IMG/VR virus record: IMGVR_UViG_3300002092_000043
Coordinates: 52,963 to 72,962 of that record
Source of the DNA: an uncultured virus (IMG/VR IMGVR_UViG_3300002092_000043)
Taxonomy: Duplodnaviria; Heunggongvirae; Uroviricota; Caudoviricetes
Length of the DNA: 20,000 nucleotides
Reading direction: 5' to 3' (one strand)
Shown piece by piece: positions 1-9,461 of the stretch (position 1 is the stretch's first letter; each line of letters begins with the position of its first letter). The notes beneath the pieces were generated by a model. It ran no database searches, had not been told where the DNA came from, and was given only the letters and a program-made list of their open reading frames with translations. Both the position numbers and the translations under genes were made by a program.

Positions 1-689
1 CGAAGACCACCAGCACCTCCACCGCCAGCATCTCTAGTTCCACTGCTGTAGGCATTAGAACCACCACCGCCGCCACCTGCAACTACTAGATAGTCACAAG
101 AAAGATTAGGTACTGCAGGAGTAAATACCCCAGTTTTCGTAAACGCATGGTACCAATACGTACCATCAGACACAACGATATCTCCACCAGCAGCCTTTGA
201 TGTTCCTCCAGAACGGATGCCGTAAAGAGAAAATGTAGAACCTGCAGTAAAACTTGCAGGTACTTCGTTAGCAATTTTGATAGAAGTGATTGCTGCGGTA
301 CTTCTCCATAAGCCTATGGAAGAAAACGTAATTGCTCCAGGGTTATCACCACGACCAATGGCTGTTTTATAGACTGTTGAATTACTGTAATTGTTTATGT
401 GAAAAAAACTGCTAGATTGGCTTGTTCCTGTACGACCAATAAGAATGGTAGATGCGCTTGTGTTTCGTGAGGTTGCTGCAGTAGAAGAGCCAGTTCCATA
501 GAGAAATGTTTCGGAGTAGTTAGTGCCAGTGTCTCCGTTAAATTGAACTGTTAAAGCACCATCACTTGAAGCATTGATTGTGTTACCAACAACAACTAAG
601 TCTGTGTATGTTTGGTCAATACTGCTAAAGGTAACGCTAGCACTATCACTGGTAAGAGTTACAGTTTGTAGAGGTGTATATGTAGCCAT
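1..689 (-). CDS. Virion-associated protein, paralogue of 690..1289 with an added glycine-rich domain; 3' end runs off the window
   Basis: Not in the ORF track because it is truncated. ATG at 689 directly follows the TAA of the upstream gene (TAAATG). Manual translation gives MATYTPLQTVTLTSDSASVTFSSIDQTYTDLVVVG...FNGDTGTNYSETFLYGTG...AGSTFSLYGIRSGG...DYLVVAGGGGGGS...GGGGAGGL, open to the window edge. Confidence 0.85.
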   Translation of the reverse strand, partial: MATYTPLQTVTLTSDSASVTFSSIDQTYTDLVVVGNTINASSDGALTVQFNGDTGTNYSETFLYGTGSSTAATSRNTSASTILIGRTGTSQSSSFFHINNYSNSTVYKTAIGRGDNPGAITFSSIGLWRSTAAITSIKIANEVPASFTAGSTFSLYGIRSGGTSKAAGGDIVVSDGTYWYHAFTKTGVFTPAVPNLSCDYLVVAGGGGGGSNAYSSGTRDAGGGGAGGL

Positions 690-1289
690 TTATTTAACCC
701 CATAAAGTGCAAAAGAAGTACCAACATCAAAGTTAGAGCCATTAGTAATTGTAAAAGACACAGCGTTAACTGCAGCAGCGCTACTTTTCCATACGATAGA
801 ACCAATGTTCAAAAATCCTGCAGTGCTGTTTGTATCTGCTCCTGATATACAACGAGTAACTTTATACTTATTGACGTTTGTGTAGTCAAGGATATCCATG
901 TAAAAAGTACCGAAAATACCTGCTGTATTACCGCCTTGTCCTATAACAAACCCAAATGATGCACCATTTTGGTAGGAAGAACCTCCTGGATTAGTTCCAC
1001 TTCCGTAAAGTTGATGTGAGTAGTAGTCTGTTGCAGTAGTGTCTGAGTTAAAAAACACGTTGGTTGCAACTGAACCAGTACCAGCATTTGTACTCCTAGC
1101 AATTCCTCGTAAGTGCAAATTAGTATACGTTGCTGGTATTGAAGAAAATGTTATTGTTGATGTAGCAGCAGTTAATGTCACTACGCCCAATGCGTCCATA
1201 GCAGCAGTCTGAGTAGACTGGTCCCAAACAGTTTGTTGCTTGGGAAAACCAGCCTGAATGCTTTGCTTAGATAGACGACTAACTGACAT
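690..1289 (-). CDS. Hypothetical virion-associated beta-rich protein (199 aa)
   Basis: Strong RBS AAAGGAGG upstream. Motifs TITFSSIPATYTNL...FNSDT...LYGSG...GTSFALYGVK are shared with the downstream ORF. Confidence 0.8.
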   Translation of the reverse strand: MSVSRLSKQSIQAGFPKQQTVWDQSTQTAAMDALGVVTLTAATSTITFSSIPATYTNLHLRGIARSTNAGTGSVATNVFFNSDTTATDYYSHQLYGSGTNPGGSSYQNGASFGFVIGQGGNTAGIFGTFYMDILDYTNVNKYKVTRCISGADTNSTAGFLNIGSIVWKSSAAAVNAVSFTITNGSNFDVGTSFALYGVK

Positions 1290-1303
1290 ACGTCAGTCCT
1301 CCT

Positions 1304-1675
1304 TTAGGAAATCTCAGAACCGAATGCGGCGAATGAAAGCGTAGTAGCAGATGCGTTGATTGTAATGATATCTGTCGTTGCAATTGTGACGCCAAGAGTC
1401 AAAGCAATTGTGTCGTTACCTGCAATAGGGGTTCCGTATGCAATGTAGTGACGAGTATCAAGAGTTGCACCTGCAGGGCGGATTGCAATGTTGAATGTCG
1501 CTGCTGTAGAAGCCTGGTTACAGATAGTGATTGTAGATACTACAGTCGAAAGGTTTCCTGAACCAGGAGATGTGTAAAGGTTATAGTTGGTATTAGCGGC
1601 AGAAAGTTGCTGAGCACCGTTTCCAGTAGCACCTGCTGCGCCTGTCATACCTAAGACTTTATATACTGCTGCCAT
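1304..1675 (-). CDS. Hypothetical small virion-type protein (123 aa)
   Basis: RBS AAGGAG before ATG; Ala/Thr-rich beta-type sequence; lies in the structural cluster. Confidence 0.75.
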   Translation of the reverse strand: MAAVYKVLGMTGAAGATGNGAQQLSAANTNYNLYTSPGSGNLSTVVSTITICNQASTAATFNIAIRPAGATLDTRHYIAYGTPIAGNDTIALTLGVTIATTDIITINASATTLSFAAFGSEIS

Positions 1676-1711
1676 TTAAACTCCTTGTGGCTGGTGATAC
1701 CGCAATTATCC

Positions 1712-2290
1712 TTATAACGCAGGTGTTGTGTGTCCTAAACTCGCAAGGTTGTTCTGAACAGCGGCTTTATGGATTGAGTCTAACTCTGGGTTATTTGATA
1801 GGTCTGTAAAGAGGTTTAAGGACTCATCTTTGCGCCCTACCCACCATGCACTGACAGCCTTTTCAAAGATAAGACCGTATTGTCCTGGGTATCCCACATC
1901 AATTGGTAGGGGCAAAGTTTTTGTTGCGGGCAACGATAGGCCTACCTCAGCATAGGTGTAGGACTCTTGCCATTTCTTATTCTGCTCAAAGTACCTAGAG
2001 AAAAGGAACCACGCCTCTGGCCTATTAGGTATGTGGGCTATCGCCTTGTAGAAGAGATTCTGTACCGTGTGTTCACGGTTCTGTTGGCTGCTAAAGCATT
2101 GGGCCGAACGCAGCAAAGAAGCATAGACATGCTCAGGGTGTGTGTAGTAGCCGTACTCAGCCGTTCGTAGGTAGAAAGAAACTGCAGATGCTGTTTGCCC
2201 AATGTTGTCGTAAGCAAGAGCAATCTGAAGGTTAAGGTCTGGGTTAAATGGGTCATTAGAGAGTTGAACTATGAGGTCTTTAATTTCCAT
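1712..2290 (-). CDS. TPR-repeat-like helical protein (192 aa)
   Basis: TPR-like patterns (IALAYDNIGQTASAVSFYLRTAE; KAIAHIPNRPEAWFLFSRYFEQNKKWQESYTYAEVGL). Overlaps the upstream gene by 11 bp. Confidence 0.75.
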   Translation of the reverse strand: MEIKDLIVQLSNDPFNPDLNLQIALAYDNIGQTASAVSFYLRTAEYGYYTHPEHVYASLLRSAQCFSSQQNREHTVQNLFYKAIAHIPNRPEAWFLFSRYFEQNKKWQESYTYAEVGLSLPATKTLPLPIDVGYPGQYGLIFEKAVSAWWVGRKDESLNLFTDLSNNPELDSIHKAAVQNNLASLGHTTPAL

Positions 2291-3284
2291 TATACAAAGC
2301 CTCCGAAATCATTTCTTCTACTACTGGCTGAGGTACTTGCAAGATAAATGCCGCATTATCCTGATACCCAAATGAAACAATTAGGTCACCTTCGTATTCT
2401 GCAATTCCGCAAACAAACTCTATCTTTGCGTCTAGAAATGACCACTCAATAGGAGAAATACCAATAAGTTGAAAGCCTTTGTTCCACACACATAGGCGAT
2501 GGCGGTAAACACCATCTTTCTGCCCCATGTAGTTCTTGCTGAGGACAACTTCGTGTGTGATAGCGATGTACATGTCGCCCCACTTAATTAACTGAGAACC
2601 GCCACGTTGGTCAGTAGGAGGTGTCACACCTTCTACTACCGCCAGTTGTTCGCACACCGCTGGTAAGTGTGGCTTAGTTCGTACTACTTCTGTGGGAGAT
2701 GACCATTTGATATAAACGTACGGTTTATCAAGAACGGGCATCCAGTTTTTAGAGCAGTAACCTACATCTTCTCCTGGCTCAGGAATACGGATACGTGAAA
2801 CTTCTTTAGCAGTCCATTGTTCTTTATCAATATGTAACTCCGATAGTTCCATGCGACCTTGACCAGTAGTGGTGGTATCTCTACGCACACCCGTGCCGTA
2901 GTACTTACCTTCCCACTTTACTAACCTTGCATCTTCAAGACCAACAAACTCCCAAATTGGCTCATGAAGATTGAGCATTTCTATTTTGCAATAGTTAACG
3001 ATATTAAAGTCTTTATCTAATTTACATAGGTAATTTTCAGTGCGTAACTTCTGGTCTTTCTCTGGGTGCAAGTAAGAAAGAGGACCCCAGATACTGGGGA
3101 AGCGTTGGTCGTTCTCAGCGTGGTAAAGCGTGTAGTTGATGTGTCGGAGAATGCACAGAATGTCACCATCATCGTCTATAAATATGGATGGGTTCATTAG
3201 CCCAGTTCCACCTGTAACATCAGCAGGGATAATAAGAGGTGTTAATTTTCCACCCTGTGAAACTGCTTTCTGCACCAAGTTCAT
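2280..3284 (-). CDS. Predicted glycosidase/glycoside phosphorylase-like 5-bladed beta-propeller (COG2152/GH130-like)
   Basis: Motifs MNPSI, GLEDARL, KNWMP, RGGSQL, IEFVCG and SFGYQD. The start is more likely ATG 3284 (MNLVQK) than 3308, which would overlap the upstream gene. Confidence 0.65.
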   Translation of the reverse strand: MNLVQKAVSQGGKLTPLIIPADVTGGTGLMNPSIFIDDDGDILCILRHINYTLYHAENDQRFPSIWGPLSYLHPEKDQKLRTENYLCKLDKDFNIVNYCKIEMLNLHEPIWEFVGLEDARLVKWEGKYYGTGVRRDTTTTGQGRMELSELHIDKEQWTAKEVSRIRIPEPGEDVGYCSKNWMPVLDKPYVYIKWSSPTEVVRTKPHLPAVCEQLAVVEGVTPPTDQRGGSQLIKWGDMYIAITHEVVLSKNYMGQKDGVYRHRLCVWNKGFQLIGISPIEWSFLDAKIEFVCGIAEYEGDLIVSFGYQDNAAFILQVPQPVVEEMISEALYNGN

Positions 3285-3297
3285 GGGGCAAAGACTA

Positions 3298-3903
3298 CTA
3301 CATACCACCTAGCATAAGTACTGAAGGTAGTGGGTCAGATGAAGCGGTAGCCCACTGAGTTCCTGAACCTGTAGAGGTAAGTACCTGCCCCGATGTACCT
3401 GCTCCAGTAACGGCTACGATTGAACCTGTTCCTGTGATGTAATCAAAGCCTGAGAATTGATAGTCCCAAGATGCTGCAGTGGTACCTGAAGTTGAGGTAA
3501 CAATAAAGACACCGCTAAAACCTGTCTGCAAAGTAGCAACAAGGTTTCCACCAGAAGAGTTAATCGTCAAAGACTGTGTGCTGTTGTTAAGGATTTGAAA
3601 CGCAAAGCCAAGAGAAAGTGTACTAACTACAGGCAGTACAATTGTCTGTGTTGATGTTCCTGTAAAGTTTTGAGTTGTCTTACTTGTAGCAGTAAGAGTA
3701 GTGGTACCTGCTGCAGTAGCGGTAGACGCATAGGAGATACCTCCACCACCTGCGTAAGCGATGCTGGTCCAAACAGTTGTACCATCACCAATTTTAAACT
3801 GGTTAGTATCTGTCTCAAAACCGATTTCGCCCGCTGCAAGAGTTGGGTTATTGGTCGTCCAGTTAGCCGCTGTGTCACGGCGTTGCTGCATTCTAGATGT
3901 CAT
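3298..3903 (-). CDS. Fibre-related protein with Mtd_N/hyaluronidase-type N-terminal domain (201 aa)
   Basis: N-terminus MQQRRDTAANWTTNNPTLAAGEIGFETDTNQFKIGDG...W matches the major tropism determinant N-terminal motif. C-terminal GTSGQVLTSTGSGTQW fibre motif; RBS GAGAGG. Confidence 0.75.
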   Translation of the reverse strand: MTSRMQQRRDTAANWTTNNPTLAAGEIGFETDTNQFKIGDGTTVWTSIAYAGGGGISYASTATAAGTTTLTATSKTTQNFTGTSTQTIVLPVVSTLSLGFAFQILNNSTQSLTINSSGGNLVATLQTGFSGVFIVTSTSGTTAASWDYQFSGFDYITGTGSIVAVTGAGTSGQVLTSTGSGTQWATASSDPLPSVLMLGGM

Positions 3904-3919
3904 TGAAGACCTCTCTCAA

Positions 3920-6910
3920 TTAGAAACTTACCGTTGACGCACCAGCGTCAATTGTGTAAGTCCACGTAGTGCTATTGCTTGATGTAACTCCTGCGTCATA
4001 GATTATATCTGTTCTGATTGCTGCTGAACCGCCATCTAGGTAATTAACTATGTAAGCGTTACCATTAATACCCTGGATACCTTGTGCGCCTACTGTTCCT
4101 TGCGTGCCCTGTGAACCAGTAGTACCAGTTGTACCCTGCAGTCCTGTAGCGCCCTGAGAACCAGTGGCTCCAGTAATTCCTTGAGTACCTGCTGGTCCCT
4201 GTGCTCCTGTGGCTCCCGTTGTTCCTTGAGTTCCTGTTGCACCCTGGGTTCCAGTCGCTCCAGTCGCCCCTGTTGTTCCTTGGAAACCAGTAGTGCCTTG
4301 AGTTCCAGTCGCTCCAGTTGTTCCTTGGGTACCGTTAGTTCCAGAATAACCTTGAAGACCTTGGGTTCCTTGGACAGTTCCGCTTGTAATAAGCGTTGCA
4401 GAAAAGTTAGTGCCAGAACCAGCAGAGTTACCTTGCTGAAGACTTTGGGTGTTTACTGGAGACCATGCTGTGAACTCAAGGTAATCTGTAGAACCATTTA
4501 AGTAAATAACTTTACTAGCAGCCATAAAGTATGGGTTGTTAGCATCAGGGGTACGTTGTTGGATAGTTTCTGAGTTACCATTTTTACGAATCTGTGTGTT
4601 GGTCTGACTGGTGCTGCTAAGAGACGACCATAGAGTGTTAAAACTTACGTAATAGTATCCAGCAATTGTTGGCTTAAATTGTTTAGATGTGGCATTCCAC
4701 CAACCTTGTGGGTCAGCATACCCAGTAAACGCAACAAGAGTATCTGTTGATGCACTAGACAAAGATTGATTTCCACCCAAAACACCGATAGCAGTGTAAT
4801 TAGTAGCGGTGAGCATTCCACCGTTAAGTCCTTGGAGACCTTGAATACCTTGCGTACCTTGAGCACCAGTTGTTCCTGTAGTTCCTTGAGAACCTGTTGC
4901 TCCTTGGGTACCAGTACTTCCTGTAAATCCTTGTGTTCCAGTAAAACCTTGAGCACCTTGAGTTCCTGTAGCACCTTGGGTTCCTGTAGTTCCTTGTAGC
5001 CCTTGAGTGCCTTGAATGGCGTATGCAACTTGAGTTGCGGTAAGGATAATTGAAGGAGTAACTGGAGTTGCAGGATTTGTTCCCGCAGAAATTGTTTCTA
5101 TAGAAACAGTCGTGCTTTCTGCCTTCCACATAAAGGTAACAACGTCATTATCATTAAAGGTATAGACATAATTAACAGTCTCAATTATTTGCCCATTAAC
5201 TCCACCGTGAGAGTTAGGTACAGTCATTTGACTGTTTGAATACGGAGCATCTACTCCGTTAATTCTTAACCATAAATTGGCGTTATAGATAGACGATGCA
5301 GTGTTAACTAATTGAACAGAGATAGTTATGCTGTAAGTTCCTTGATGTAGGAACTTAATAGAATTTCCACCTTGTGTAATAACACCGTTGTTTTCATAGG
5401 TGTTGTTTATGCTTAAGGGGTAAGAAGTTGTTGAGTTTGCAACAGTTTGAGTTGTTGTGTCGTAAAACGAGCCATAGTAAGCAATAGTTCCACCAGCGCC
5501 TGTGGCTCCTGTAGCACCTTGTGCACCTACACCGCTAGCCTGTGTCCATTGAATGGCATCTGTACCGATGCGGATAGAACCATCTGGGTTAGAACCGTTG
5601 GAGTACATAAGCCAAGCGGTTTTACCGTAGGTAGTACCGTCAGTAACAAATACGTAGTCGCCCTCTTCTACCTGTGCAGCAACATGGTTATCAGCATCCG
5701 TTGCACGGGTCAACTTCCACAGTGTACTTGCGCCACCAGTTTGCGTTACTGTGTAGATACCGTTTTGGGTTTGGGTTGCTTGTCCCGCAATCAGAACACG
5801 GTCACCAACAGCCAATAATGGGATGGTGTAACCGTCAATAGAAAGTGCACCATTGCTTGTAGCAATGATGTATGCACCAACACCAGTACCGTTGCTAGCA
5901 TCAGCAGAACCGTTGTAATAAGTAGCGCCATTACCCAGAGGCGTTGTTTGTACAGCCTCTACAGATTGGTGTGCGTTCTGAGATGAGACAGGGCCAACTG
6001 CACCTTGAATACCCTGTGTTCCCTGAACACCTTGGCTACCAGTAGTTCCTTGAGAACCGATAGCGCCTTGAGAACCAGTAGTTCCCTGAGAACCAGTTGC
6101 TCCAGTAAATCCTTGCAATCCCTGTGAGCCAGTGGCTCCTTGTGAGCCTGTAAAACCTTGCGCTCCAGTAAACCCTTGAGTACCCGTTGTACCTTGGTTA
6201 CCAGTTGTTCCCTGAGTTCCAGTAAAACCTTGTGCTCCTTGAGCACCTGTGTTTCCTTGTGAACCAGTGGCACCAATTGCTCCTTGAGTTCCAGTAGCAC
6301 CAGTTATTCCCTGTGTGCCGTCAAAACCTTGGGCACCAACTGCGCCCTGTGCACCAGTACTTCCAGTTGAACCTTGAGACCCCGTGAATCCTTGAGCGCC
6401 TTGAATACCCGTAGTACCTTGAGGTCCGTTAGTACCTTGAGTTCCTGTGTAGCCTTGAGCGCCTTGAGAGCCAGCAGCAGCAATCTTTGTCCAAGAAAAA
6501 GTGTAATAAGGTTGATATCCAGAGACGGTATTAATGCATACGTAAGACTCTCCGCCAAAAGTTACAACATCATAAGGATAGTATGTGGTCTCAGAATCCC
6601 ATTCACCTCGGAATGTAAAACCTTGACCGTCAGTACCTTGAAGGCCTTGTGCACCGTCGGTTCCTTGTAGTCCTGGTTCACCCTGCGGACCCTCTGTTCC
6701 TTGAACACCTGGTTCACCTTGTGGGCCTTGAGCACCTTCAGTTCCTTGTATACCTTGGGCGCCCTGCAAACCAGCAGAGACCCATTCAGAGCCATCCCAA
6801 GTGTAAAGAGCATTGTAAGTCGTATCAAAATAAACATCGCCAAGAGACGGACTGCTTGGCGGAGTCGCCAAATGCAGTACGTTAAGCGGTGTTAAAAACC
6901 TACGGCTCAT
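3920..6910 (-). CDS. Large collagen-like fibre protein with interspersed globular domains (996 aa)
   Basis: Four long Gly-X-Y tracts (QGAQGTTG type). They are separated by a CBM-like motif ([26 protein letters not shown]), a fibre domain ([18 protein letters not shown]...[10 protein letters not shown]) and two C1q/BclA-C-like domains. Confidence 0.85.
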   Translation of the reverse strand: MSRRFLTPLNVLHLATPPSSPSLGDVYFDTTYNALYTWDGSEWVSAGLQGAQGIQGTEGAQGPQGEPGVQGTEGPQGEPGLQGTDGAQGLQGTDGQGFTFRGEWDSETTYYPYDVVTFGGESYVCINTVSGYQPYYTFSWTKIAAAGSQGAQGYTGTQGTNGPQGTTGIQGAQGFTGSQGSTGSTGAQGAVGAQGFDGTQGITGATGTQGAIGATGSQGNTGAQGAQGFTGTQGTTGNQGTTGTQGFTGAQGFTGSQGATGSQGLQGFTGATGSQGTTGSQGAIGSQGTTGSQGVQGTQGIQGAVGPVSSQNAHQSVEAVQTTPLGNGATYYNGSADASNGTGVGAYIIATSNGALSIDGYTIPLLAVGDRVLIAGQATQTQNGIYTVTQTGGASTLWKLTRATDADNHVAAQVEEGDYVFVTDGTTYGKTAWLMYSNGSNPDGSIRIGTDAIQWTQASGVGAQGATGATGAGGTIAYYGSFYDTTTQTVANSTTSYPLSINNTYENNGVITQGGNSIKFLHQGTYSITISVQLVNTASSIYNANLWLRINGVDAPYSNSQMTVPNSHGGVNGQIIETVNYVYTFNDNDVVTFMWKAESTTVSIETISAGTNPATPVTPSIILTATQVAYAIQGTQGLQGTTGTQGATGTQGAQGFTGTQGFTGSTGTQGATGSQGTTGTTGAQGTQGIQGLQGLNGGMLTATNYTAIGVLGGNQSLSSASTDTLVAFTGYADPQGWWNATSKQFKPTIAGYYYVSFNTLWSSLSSTSQTNTQIRKNGNSETIQQRTPDANNPYFMAASKVIYLNGSTDYLEFTAWSPVNTQSLQQGNSAGSGTNFSATLITSGTVQGTQGLQGYSGTNGTQGTTGATGTQGTTGFQGTTGATGATGTQGATGTQGTTGATGAQGPAGTQGITGATGSQGATGLQGTTGTTGSQGTQGTVGAQGIQGINGNAYIVNYLDGGSAAIRTDIIYDAGVTSSNSTTWTYTIDAGASTVSF
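5995..6472 (-). repeat. Longest Gly-X-Y collagen-coding tract (9-bp periodicity); similar tracts at about 4060-4382, 4820-5015, 6620-6772 and 9220-9320
   Basis: Degenerate repeats such as ccttgagttccagt and ccttgagcacc encode QG-X-X-G units. Boundaries are approximate. Confidence 0.85.
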
Positions 6911-6929
6911 GGACGCCCTTTACTAGTTG

Positions 6930-9011
6930 TTAGCCAACCACCACTACTCGGAATTGGTTAACTGCTGGAGAGACAGCAAATGATACGTTAATCTTTGAGG
7001 TGCTAGCGTGTGTAACGTCCGCAAAAACTTCTTCTCCAGTGTCAGTATCGTAAATAGTTACAGACACATCTAAAGTCCCAAAGTTGTGGTAGATATCAAA
7101 TGAGTTGTTGTCATCATCACCGATGGTCTGAGCCATTTTCTTGGTGAGGTAGGTGTAATCAATAATCTCAATAGCACCAGAGCCACCATTAATCTGAAGA
7201 CCAGTACCAAGAGACGCAGCAAAACCATCACCGTCTAGTGTAAGTCCGCCACCTTCTTTAGCAACACCAGAGATAGTGTTTGAAGAAATGTCTATTCCAT
7301 AGCCTGCTACGTATTCGCCAGCGGCTGAGAACTGTGTCCAAGTAGATGCTCCAGCAGTGAACGCTGTAACAATCCAACCCTGAGCAGCATAAGTACCTTC
7401 TTCAACGAGGACGTATGAGCCCTCCTTGATATCTGTATCTGATGGTACAGTTGATGGAACAAGGGTTTGTGAATCGCTGCTGTAGATGTAGATGCCGTTT
7501 TCAGTAGCATCTGTTTGTGACTTAACGAGAACACGGTCACCGTTAGCAATTCCAGTAACTCCACCAACACCGCCTGAAGCGTTTGCGGTAATGTCAATAG
7601 GTCCTTCAGTTGCCATACGAACTGAGCCAAGAACAGAAAGTCCTTGTGCAGTAGAGTCTACGTATGCCTTGTTAGCGGCATCGCCTGAGTTAGTAGGGTT
7701 TGGAAGATTTGTGATTGTATAACCATCAGAGTCAAGGTTGTTTCCAAGAGTTGCTGAGGTTAAAGTCTTGTTACTAAAAGTCTGTGAAGTACCGACTGTT
7801 GCAATTTCACGGTCTGGGTGGGAAGAAGTTGCGTCGTTACCCCAGTGGATATATGCCTTACCTGTATGACCATACGCATCATTTCCTGGGTAAAGAACAA
7901 TGTCGTTAACTGCACGAAGTGAAAGGTCATCAGCAGCGATGAGGTGTGCGGTACCGATTGTAGAGACATCAATAGTTAGTTGTTCATCGCCATTGCTGTC
8001 ACGGAATGAAGTAGTTCCAGTTACGAGTACGTTGTCTAAAGTCTTGTTGCTTAGTGTTTGAGTGCCATCTGTGATGACAACGTTTGAGCCTAAGTCAAGT
8101 TCCCCGTCTGTTACAGAGAGATTTGAACCAACAGAAGTAATATAAAGAGAATCATTGATGTCACCAATTGTTGCTACTTGGTTAGAGGCGTTTGCTCCTG
8201 CACCACCGTTGTTGTTCCAACCAATGTAGACCTTACCTGTTCCTGAACCAGATGTTGAACCTGTGTACAGGATGATGTTTCCATCGTTAGCATGAGAATC
8301 GGAAGCACCTGCACGAAGTGCAAGGTCTCCAGTTGCTTCAAGGTGAACTGTTGGGTAAGTGCTTCCACCACCAGTAGGATTTACAAAAAGAAAACCAGCA
8401 GGTTCGTTGTCTTCAGAACCAAGATTTACAAAACTGTTGATGTTAATAACGCCAGTTGCGTTGGTGTAAGTTCCGTAACCATGGTATTGGTCATTAGGAG
8501 AAAGGTTTGAGTTTACCTCAAGAACGTTAGTGCCAAGGTAATTCTTTACAGTAATAAAACCGCTATCTTCATCGTTCCAACCACCAACTTGAAGTGACTG
8601 GTCAATCTTTACATCTAGTGGAAGGCTAAGAGTTACATCACCAGATGATTGGCTAACATTGACTTGGTTGGTAGTACCGCTGATAGAGTTTACATAGTCA
8701 GCGTTTCCTGGAACACCAATTTGAACCCAGGCGGTACCGTTGTCAACATAAAGTGTTTGAGTGTCTGTAGTTGCGTAAGCACGACCAGTATTTCCTGCTG
8801 CAGGAATGTCAGCGTAAAGACCAATCTGGATACTGCCACCTGCTGTTACCCAGTTACTGCCGTCATAGATACGCAACTCATTGTGCACAGAGTTGTAGTA
8901 AGTGTGTCCCTTGCCGTATGGACTTGGGTTATCTGGAAGGTTTTGAACTGTAAAGTTCTGAAGTTCAAGCCCAGTAAGGCTTAGTGGGGTATAAAACTTA
9001 CGGGCCATCAT
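6930..9011 (-). CDS. Fibre/structural protein (693 aa)
   Basis: RBS AAGGAG (start at 9011 or 9008). Fibre motifs TQTLSNKTL, ITNLPNPTNSGDAANKAYVD and GDRVLVKSQTDATENGIY; C-terminal HNFGTLDVSV...FRVVVVG domain. Confidence 0.8.
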   Translation of the reverse strand: MMARKFYTPLSLTGLELQNFTVQNLPDNPSPYGKGHTYYNSVHNELRIYDGSNWVTAGGSIQIGLYADIPAAGNTGRAYATTDTQTLYVDNGTAWVQIGVPGNADYVNSISGTTNQVNVSQSSGDVTLSLPLDVKIDQSLQVGGWNDEDSGFITVKNYLGTNVLEVNSNLSPNDQYHGYGTYTNATGVININSFVNLGSEDNEPAGFLFVNPTGGGSTYPTVHLEATGDLALRAGASDSHANDGNIILYTGSTSGSGTGKVYIGWNNNGGAGANASNQVATIGDINDSLYITSVGSNLSVTDGELDLGSNVVITDGTQTLSNKTLDNVLVTGTTSFRDSNGDEQLTIDVSTIGTAHLIAADDLSLRAVNDIVLYPGNDAYGHTGKAYIHWGNDATSSHPDREIATVGTSQTFSNKTLTSATLGNNLDSDGYTITNLPNPTNSGDAANKAYVDSTAQGLSVLGSVRMATEGPIDITANASGGVGGVTGIANGDRVLVKSQTDATENGIYIYSSDSQTLVPSTVPSDTDIKEGSYVLVEEGTYAAQGWIVTAFTAGASTWTQFSAAGEYVAGYGIDISSNTISGVAKEGGGLTLDGDGFAASLGTGLQINGGSGAIEIIDYTYLTKKMAQTIGDDDNNSFDIYHNFGTLDVSVTIYDTDTGEEVFADVTHASTSKINVSFAVSPAVNQFRVVVVG

Positions 9012-9017
9012 GTCTCC

Positions 9018-9461
9018 TTATGACAGGTATGCAACGCCGCTAAACGCTGCAAGGAAAGTAACAGTTAAATTGTTCGGATTTGTGTACACGATTTCGCCCT
9101 CGCAAATTGCACCAGTAGAGTCCATTGTAGTGACGTTTGGATAGAAATTAAGGTTATGTGCAATAGTCCAAGTATCAGAAGCAACTCCTTGATTATGCCG
9201 ATAAGCAATCTCTCGGTTGATTCCTTGAATACCTTGGATACCCTGAGTACCAGTTGCTCCTTGGATGCCTGTTGTTCCTTGTAGTCCCTGGATTCCTTGA
9301 GGTCCACGAGAACCACCTTGACCAGGCTTTACTACAACTGTTGACTGTGTACTTTGAGCAGCAGTTGGAGGAACAACATTGATTACGATTGGATTAGGTA
9401 CTTGAACAGTAACTCCCTGGGCACCACAAGAACACGTATTTTGGCAACCACAAGTTGTCAC
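9018..9461 (-). CDS. Small collagen-containing structural protein (147 aa)
   Basis: GTG start overlaps the upstream TGA (GTGA). Cys-rich N-terminus, short Gly-X-Y tract, and C-terminal HNQ..ASDTWTIAHNLNFYPNV...FSGVAYLS domain. Confidence 0.75.
   Translation of the reverse strand: MTTCGCQNTCSCGAQGVTVQVPNPIVINVVPPTAAQSTQSTVVVKPGQGGSRGPQGIQGLQGTTGIQGATGTQGIQGIQGINREIAYRHNQGVASDTWTIAHNLNFYPNVTTMDSTGAICEGEIVYTNPNNLTVTFLAAFSGVAYLS

Noticed and set aside
3298..3903. Diversity-generating retroelement suggested by the Mtd-N domain
   Set aside because: No reverse transcriptase, no TR/VR pair differing at adenines and no C-type lectin C-terminus are visible in the window.
4060..6772. CRISPR array or non-coding tandem repeat
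   Set aside because: The repeats are degenerate 9-bp units in frame with Gly-X-Y codons and have no repeat-spacer structure.
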